This document shows, piece after piece, positions 27,601 through 31,606 of a stretch of DNA of 31,606 bases. Under the pieces are notes generated by a model. It was not told the origin of the DNA and searched no databases. It saw only the letters and a list, made by a program, of their open reading frames with translations. A program made the translations under genes and the position numbers. The DNA is from Candidatus Muiribacteriota bacterium (GTDB taxonomy: Bacteria > Muiribacteriota > Muiribacteriia > Muiribacteriales > Muiribacteriaceae), in NCBI GenBank assembly GCA_051747805.1, contig JBNJGP010000030.1, positions 1 to 31,606 on the forward strand, read 5' to 3'. How positions within the stretch are numbered: the first letter of the stretch is position 1; every line of letters starts with the position of its first letter.

Positions 27601-27882
27601 TTTAATCCTGAAAACACCTTGGCCTGTTTCAAAAACAACCTCTGAAAAGCACTCATAAGTATTTCTGGACATAATTTCATTTTCACCGCTAATTTTATTC
27701 AATCTTGGAGTTGATCCATAAAAGGCAAGGCAAACAGCATCAAAAATGGTAGATTTCCCGGCGCCAGTAGGACCAGTTAAGGCAAAAATTCCACTATTTA
27801 CGTAGTCAGGATGAGTAAAATTAATACTCCATTGTCCATATAAAGAATTTAAATTTTTAAAACTGAGTTTTTGTATTTTCAT
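24649..27882 (-). CDS. sbcC: Exonuclease SbcCD subunit C (SMC/Rad50-like ATPase)
   Basis: FKNLNSLYG, GPTGAGKST, long coiled coils, zinc hook CPLCGS, NLSGGESF, LFLDEGFGTLD. Confidence 0.95.
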   Translation of the reverse strand: MKIQKLSFKNLNSLYGQWSINFTHPDYVNSGIFALTGPTGAGKSTIFDAVCLAFYGSTPRLNKISGENEIMSRNTYECFSEVVFETGQGVFRIKWSQRRSNKKVDGKLQNPSQQLSDEKGNIISNKITEITKWVNENTGMDFEKFTRSIMLSQGSFDSFLNADEKEKSRLLEQITGTKIYSEIGKKVYLFNKENQDDLKVLAGELKNINLLDSKELKGIENELIIMNKKKLNVNNKIQKYNEGLRWLNEIQQINAQINDLLSEESKVIKSIDDFKENSEKLAWAEIAVNLDETFAILKENKKEQDKNLIKLEDNKARFKVVKKNLDKIYDELKKSTQQKEETQKNNKKIIPLIQNVRLLDNDLKLLNKNILEAEKDYKNNLKKIEQNKDLKQRKYNNKKNEENEFELVGDYLEKNAQDKWLIKNLTGIKEKTNNLISLQRDIKEIQKLKSELFDNVQKLEDDIQKHKISFKEKEQEINNISANIKQNNTKIQKILNGKTLREIREKKENFLRELVLIKKIESLEDERKKLKEGESCPLCGSKEHPFVESVYVNYDDTESKIDELESIINEVEKYQKLIDNKENKLKSERKNLNKIEIKKNNSHKDNENLSQKIKELQDGIAVIFKKIQEVKENVANELKPMNIENIQDRDFDSLLKELQRRQQMWISNSENYDKYKKSLENIEKEIKNIDEIIEIENDYIKEKKEKYDKLKEKFKKLKIKRKNLFGNKDPDVQERNLNKLMDKALSNHEKLKKHFNKESENFNILKSNIEEVENRIKDKKTTLNKINDKFNNQIKKNGFENEKDFIQKRLSPDERKKLSDNKKILENKKLEIELRKKEKSENLTSLKNKKVTDKNISELNELIKQNKLLLNSIDKEVIKLNVKISENEKFQKKFNKKKSAISKKEKEVQKWQKLNKLIGSKEGDKFRSFAQGITFDLIISHANRQLEKMTDRYFLLRGDKGNLNLSIIDEYQGGEIRSIRNLSGGESFVVSLTLALGLSEMLSQKVYVNSLFLDEGFGTLDEEFLETALKTLSELKHDEKLICVISHIPALKDRIPIQINISPSSNGKSIINGPGVE

Positions 27883-27899
27883 AATTTAACACCTGCCAG

Positions 27900-29141
27900 C
27901 TAGGATTTATTAATATCCTCTTCCTGAATAAATTTAATTACCTGCTTATATGCATCAATAAGTTCTTTTTGATCATTTTCTGTTATTTGATTATAATCCA
28001 TACATCGTTGGAAAATTTCTTCTGGATTAAGCTCATTTAAAGACTCGTTTCTTATATTTTGATTGTTTTTAATTAATTTTATACTGTTATTTTTAATCCT
28101 TAAAACTTCCAGTGAAGATTTTTCAATCATTTCTTCTATTATTTTTTTTAAATTAACAATAATTTCTTTATCGGTATATTCTACCTGAACCCAGGCGTTC
28201 TTTTTATTCTTTTTTAATTCGTTTATTTTATTTTTAATTTCATTAATAGACCCAGAAATATTAATTAATTCCTGAAAACATGGAACTTTTAATTCTTGAA
28301 TATCCCGTTGACCGTCATTATTAAATTCAATTATAATAACTTTTTTAGAATTTGGTTTTTCAGAAAATCCCATTGATAATGGAGACCCGGAATATCTTAT
28401 ATGATTAATGCCTCCAACAACTTGAGGAATATGAAGATGCCCAAGTGCAACATAGTCAATAATATCAGGAAATATATCTTTTCCAGCATTTAAAAGAGAG
28501 CCTACATAAAGTTCTCTAACACCATCACCATCGACGGTTTGAGAACCTGCCGCAAAAAGATGGCCAGTTGCGATAATCGGAACATTATTCATTTTAGAAT
28601 CAGAATATTCTAACAATTTTCTTTCTGCAATTTTAGAAACTTCAGCATAATGCGTTTTCATTCCAGCAATTAGCTTTCTATTTTCATCCTGAAATGTTTC
28701 ACCGGGTTCTGAAGTTCTGATATCTTTATCTCTTAAATACGGAACAGCACAAATAATCGCCTCTAAAATCCCGTTATTTTCCAGGCATATAACCTCATTC
28801 TCAGGTGAATCATCAATACTGCCAACAACATAAATCTTTAAAGATTTTAATAATTCAGCAGGTGCATTTAAAAAAGATGGTGAATCATGGTTGCCACCAA
28901 TAATCACAACATGCCTGCAACATGAATTTGAAACCCGGAATAAAAACCTGTAATATAACTCCTGAGCATAATTTCCAGGCGTGGTTGTATCAAAAACATC
29001 ACCTGCAACTATTAAAATATCAATATTATTCAAAATTATATTTTCATAAAGCCAATCCAAAAAGGATTCAAACTCATTATAGCGTTTTCTGCCTAAAATT
29101 GATCTACCTAAGTGCCAGTCGGATGTATGTAAAATTTTCAT
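27900..29141 (-). CDS. sbcD: Exonuclease SbcCD subunit D
   Basis: HTSDWHLG, AGDVFD, GNHDS, YVALGHLH, RYSGSP; adjacent to sbcC. Confidence 0.95.
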   Translation of the reverse strand: MKILHTSDWHLGRSILGRKRYNEFESFLDWLYENIILNNIDILIVAGDVFDTTTPGNYAQELYYRFLFRVSNSCCRHVVIIGGNHDSPSFLNAPAELLKSLKIYVVGSIDDSPENEVICLENNGILEAIICAVPYLRDKDIRTSEPGETFQDENRKLIAGMKTHYAEVSKIAERKLLEYSDSKMNNVPIIATGHLFAAGSQTVDGDGVRELYVGSLLNAGKDIFPDIIDYVALGHLHIPQVVGGINHIRYSGSPLSMGFSEKPNSKKVIIIEFNNDGQRDIQELKVPCFQELINISGSINEIKNKINELKKNKKNAWVQVEYTDKEIIVNLKKIIEEMIEKSSLEVLRIKNNSIKLIKNNQNIRNESLNELNPEEIFQRCMDYNQITENDQKELIDAYKQVIKFIQEEDINKS

Positions 29142-29242
29142 AATTGAATATCTGTTAAATCTTTATTTAAGAAATTTTTCTTATCCATATAAAATCCTCA
29201 AATTTTTTAATATGAAATTAATCAATTATAACCCAATAATTC

Positions 29243-31255
29243 TTACATTAAGGTTTTATTTAAAAAAACAAATTTGTCTGCTAGTTCATTAATGATTTTT
29301 GAAACAGGCTTTCCATGACCATGCCCGGCATTTTTTTCAACTCTTATATAAATACTTTCAGGATTTAAAACTTCTTCCTGCAATCTTGCAGCAAATTTTC
29401 TGGCATGAGCTGGAACTACTCTATCATCTGTATCAGCAGTTAAAATCAATACATTTGGATATTTCTGCCCTTTTTTAATATTGTGATATGGAGAATAGGC
29501 ATATATAGTTTTAAATTCTTTTTCAGAGTTTTCAGGATTTCCATATTCAGATATCCAGTAACGACCTATTGTAAATTTATGAAATCTTAACATATCAGTT
29601 AAAGGAACTGCACAAATTACAGCATTAAAAAGCTCCGGCCTCTGATTCATACATGCCCCAACTAACAAACCGCCATTACTTCCTCCGGAAATAGCCAGTT
29701 TATCCCTATCTGTATAATTATTTTGAATTAAAAATTCCGCTGCAGCAATAAAATCATCAAAAACATTCTGTTTCTTTTCATGCATACCAGCTTTATGCCA
29801 GTTTTCGCCATATTCACCACCACCGCGCAAATTAACTACAGCTTTAATTCCTCCCATTTCATACCATGCAAGATCAGCAGTTGAAAAACCCGGAGTAAGA
29901 CAAACCTCAAATCCGCCATACCCATATAAATTACAGGGTGCTTTTGTTTTTTTATCTAATATTTCTTTTTTTCCCATTAAAAACATTGAAATTTCAGTAT
30001 TATCTTTTGATTTATAAGAAAGCTGAAAAGTTTTGTAATCATTAAAATCAAAATCCAGAGAAGTTTCAAAAAAATTTTCTTTTTCAAATGAATCTATATT
30101 ATATTTAATAATCTTTGAAGGATTAAAAAAAGAACTCACGCCAATATAAAAAAAATTAAATTCAGGTTTTGAATAAATATCATTAATGGTTGAAAATTCA
30201 GGCAAATCCACTTTTTTTATTTTTTCACCATTTAAAGAATAAATATATAAATGCGAATGGGCTTTTTCAAGAGTTTCAACTATAAATTTATCTTTACACA
30301 CTTCAACTTTTTCTATCAGAAAATCTTGCTGACAAATTATATCAATTTCATTTTGCATTTTATCCTCGATATTAATTTTAATCAGCTTATAGTTTGGGGC
30401 ATTTTTTGAAGTATAAAAATAAAACTCATTTCCAGCATTAAAAGTATAATGATATCTATTTAAAGTATCATCAAAAAATGAAAACATCTTTTTATTTTTT
30501 TTTGAATAAATATAAACACTGTTACCTGATTCAGTTCCACGCCCTGCATGTAAAATCAGAAATTTTTTATCATAAGAAAAAACAGGATAAAAAGATAAAT
30601 CAGGGTCATTATCAACTTTAAAAAAAAGTATATCCTGATTTACAGCTGAATTTAATTTATGAAAATATACAGCACAGTTTTTAGTTTTTTCTTCATCACT
30701 TATATTTAACCCCCCTGGATAACGGGTATAATAAAATCCACTTGAATCATCTTCCCATGCAATACCAGTAAAACGGCAGTATTCTATAGTTTCTTCAAAC
30801 TCATCCATAGTTTTAATATTTTTAATTTTAATTTTCTGCCAGTCGCTACCGGATTCAGAAATTGAATATGCCAGATATTGTCCGTCAGGAGAAATTTCTG
30901 TTGTATATACTGCTACAGTTCCATCATCTGACATAGAATTTGGATCCAGAATTTTAGTTTCTGAACCATCATTTTCAATTCTATATAATGAAAACTGATT
31001 TTCAACACCTGAATTTTTCCAGAAAAAAGTTCTTCCAGCCTCAATAAATGGAACAGATTTTTTTTCAAAATTCCATATGCACTCTAATCTATTTTTAATC
31101 TGCGACTTTTTATTCAAATCTATAAAGTTATTAAATTTTTTATTTTGCATTTCATTCCATTCTTTTGTTTCTTTAAGATTATCATCCTCAAGCCATCTAT
31201 ATGGATCAGAAACTTTTACCCCGAAAAATTCATCTACAATATTTGCTTTTTTCAT
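29243..31255 (-). CDS. Prolyl oligopeptidase (S9A)
   Basis: DPYRWLED, LYGYGGF, NLRGGGEYG, GGSNGGLL (Ser), DDRVVPAH (Asp), AGHG (His); no signal peptide. Confidence 0.95.
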   Translation of the reverse strand: MKKANIVDEFFGVKVSDPYRWLEDDNLKETKEWNEMQNKKFNNFIDLNKKSQIKNRLECIWNFEKKSVPFIEAGRTFFWKNSGVENQFSLYRIENDGSETKILDPNSMSDDGTVAVYTTEISPDGQYLAYSISESGSDWQKIKIKNIKTMDEFEETIEYCRFTGIAWEDDSSGFYYTRYPGGLNISDEEKTKNCAVYFHKLNSAVNQDILFFKVDNDPDLSFYPVFSYDKKFLILHAGRGTESGNSVYIYSKKNKKMFSFFDDTLNRYHYTFNAGNEFYFYTSKNAPNYKLIKINIEDKMQNEIDIICQQDFLIEKVEVCKDKFIVETLEKAHSHLYIYSLNGEKIKKVDLPEFSTINDIYSKPEFNFFYIGVSSFFNPSKIIKYNIDSFEKENFFETSLDFDFNDYKTFQLSYKSKDNTEISMFLMGKKEILDKKTKAPCNLYGYGGFEVCLTPGFSTADLAWYEMGGIKAVVNLRGGGEYGENWHKAGMHEKKQNVFDDFIAAAEFLIQNNYTDRDKLAISGGSNGGLLVGACMNQRPELFNAVICAVPLTDMLRFHKFTIGRYWISEYGNPENSEKEFKTIYAYSPYHNIKKGQKYPNVLILTADTDDRVVPAHARKFAARLQEEVLNPESIYIRVEKNAGHGHGKPVSKIINELADKFVFLNKTLM

Positions 31256-31606
31256 CTATCCTCCATTTACTAATACTCTAAATCCTGAATAATATAATCA
31301 ACCTCAGGTAAAATCGAATATACAAAAATTTTTGAAACTTGTTTTTCGTTCACGATTTTTTCTTCAGTAAAAAACTATTGAATTTTTTTGCCTTAAAAAT
31401 TTTCCTTCTGTATGATTTAATATTAACTTTTGTTAACAACAATATCAAATCTAAATTAAAAAACTTGAGTTTAGCAAATTTTTTAAAAAGGCTTTTGTGG
31501 TCAGGCTTACATAAAAGTAAAAAGCTTTCAGCTTAGTAAAATCACCTAAAGGTTATAGTAAATGGTCTACCGACCATGTAATAATGTGAGAGCTACTTTT
31601 CGCAGC

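Noticed and set aside
24649..29141. SbcCD as an anti-phage SMC system (Wadjet/Lamassu)
   Set aside because: It is a canonical sbcD-sbcC pair with a zinc hook and no accessory effector genes.
29243..31255. Prolyl oligopeptidase as a RiPP-processing enzyme
   Set aside because: It lies about 12 kb from the cluster beyond housekeeping genes, the core has no Pro, and the C39 domain already explains leader removal.
838..31292. Short ORFs of 61-134 aa nested in or antisense to the long genes (e.g. 838..1050, 4047..4391, 6276..6680, 15160..15471, 18257..18463, 26330..26515)
   Set aside because: They overlap well-supported genes and have no recognisable motifs; they are expected shadow ORFs.
31339..31536. 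65-aa plus-strand ORF
   Set aside because: TTG start, no RBS, low-complexity F/L/K composition typical of AT-rich intergenic DNA.
31540..31606. Purine-riboswitch-like TCTACC...GTAA...CTAC and a TetR half-site TACCGACC
   Set aside because: The P2/P3 stems and loop consensus cannot be built; only a 6-bp hairpin ATGGTC/GACCAT is present, and the region is cut by the window edge.

Overview
Very AT-rich bacterial window, probably from a diderm since it encodes a TolC-family channel; almost all genes are on the minus strand. The centrepiece (2445-17264) is an NHLP/proteusin-type RiPP gene cluster. It has one 102-aa precursor (86-aa nitrile-hydratase-like leader ending VAGG, 16-aa core RCRGQCNCAGGAKYSS), a radical SAM/SPASM maturase, a UPF0489-type putative peptide arginase, a tandem-GNAT acyltransferase and a complete NHLP type I export set (C39-ABC, second ABC, HlyD, TolC). 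It also has two unexplained import/sensing proteins: an orphan branched-chain-amino-acid-type binding lipoprotein and a binding-protein/DAACS symporter fusion. No LanM or YcaO is present, so it looks like a radical-SAM-crosslinked counterpart of the ornithine-containing ribosomal lipopeptides (selidamides). Flanking it are two unrelated lipoprotein genes sharing a ~124-nt conserved structured 5' leader (one gene split by a single in-frame TAA), an Arg-gingipain-like C25 protease with a Pro-rich insertion, a 255-bp inverted-repeat element and two copies of a 127-bp hairpin MITE with 9-bp target duplications. The right side is ordinary: GH13 amylase, a probably leaderless autoregulated TetR, sbcCD and a prolyl oligopeptidase.
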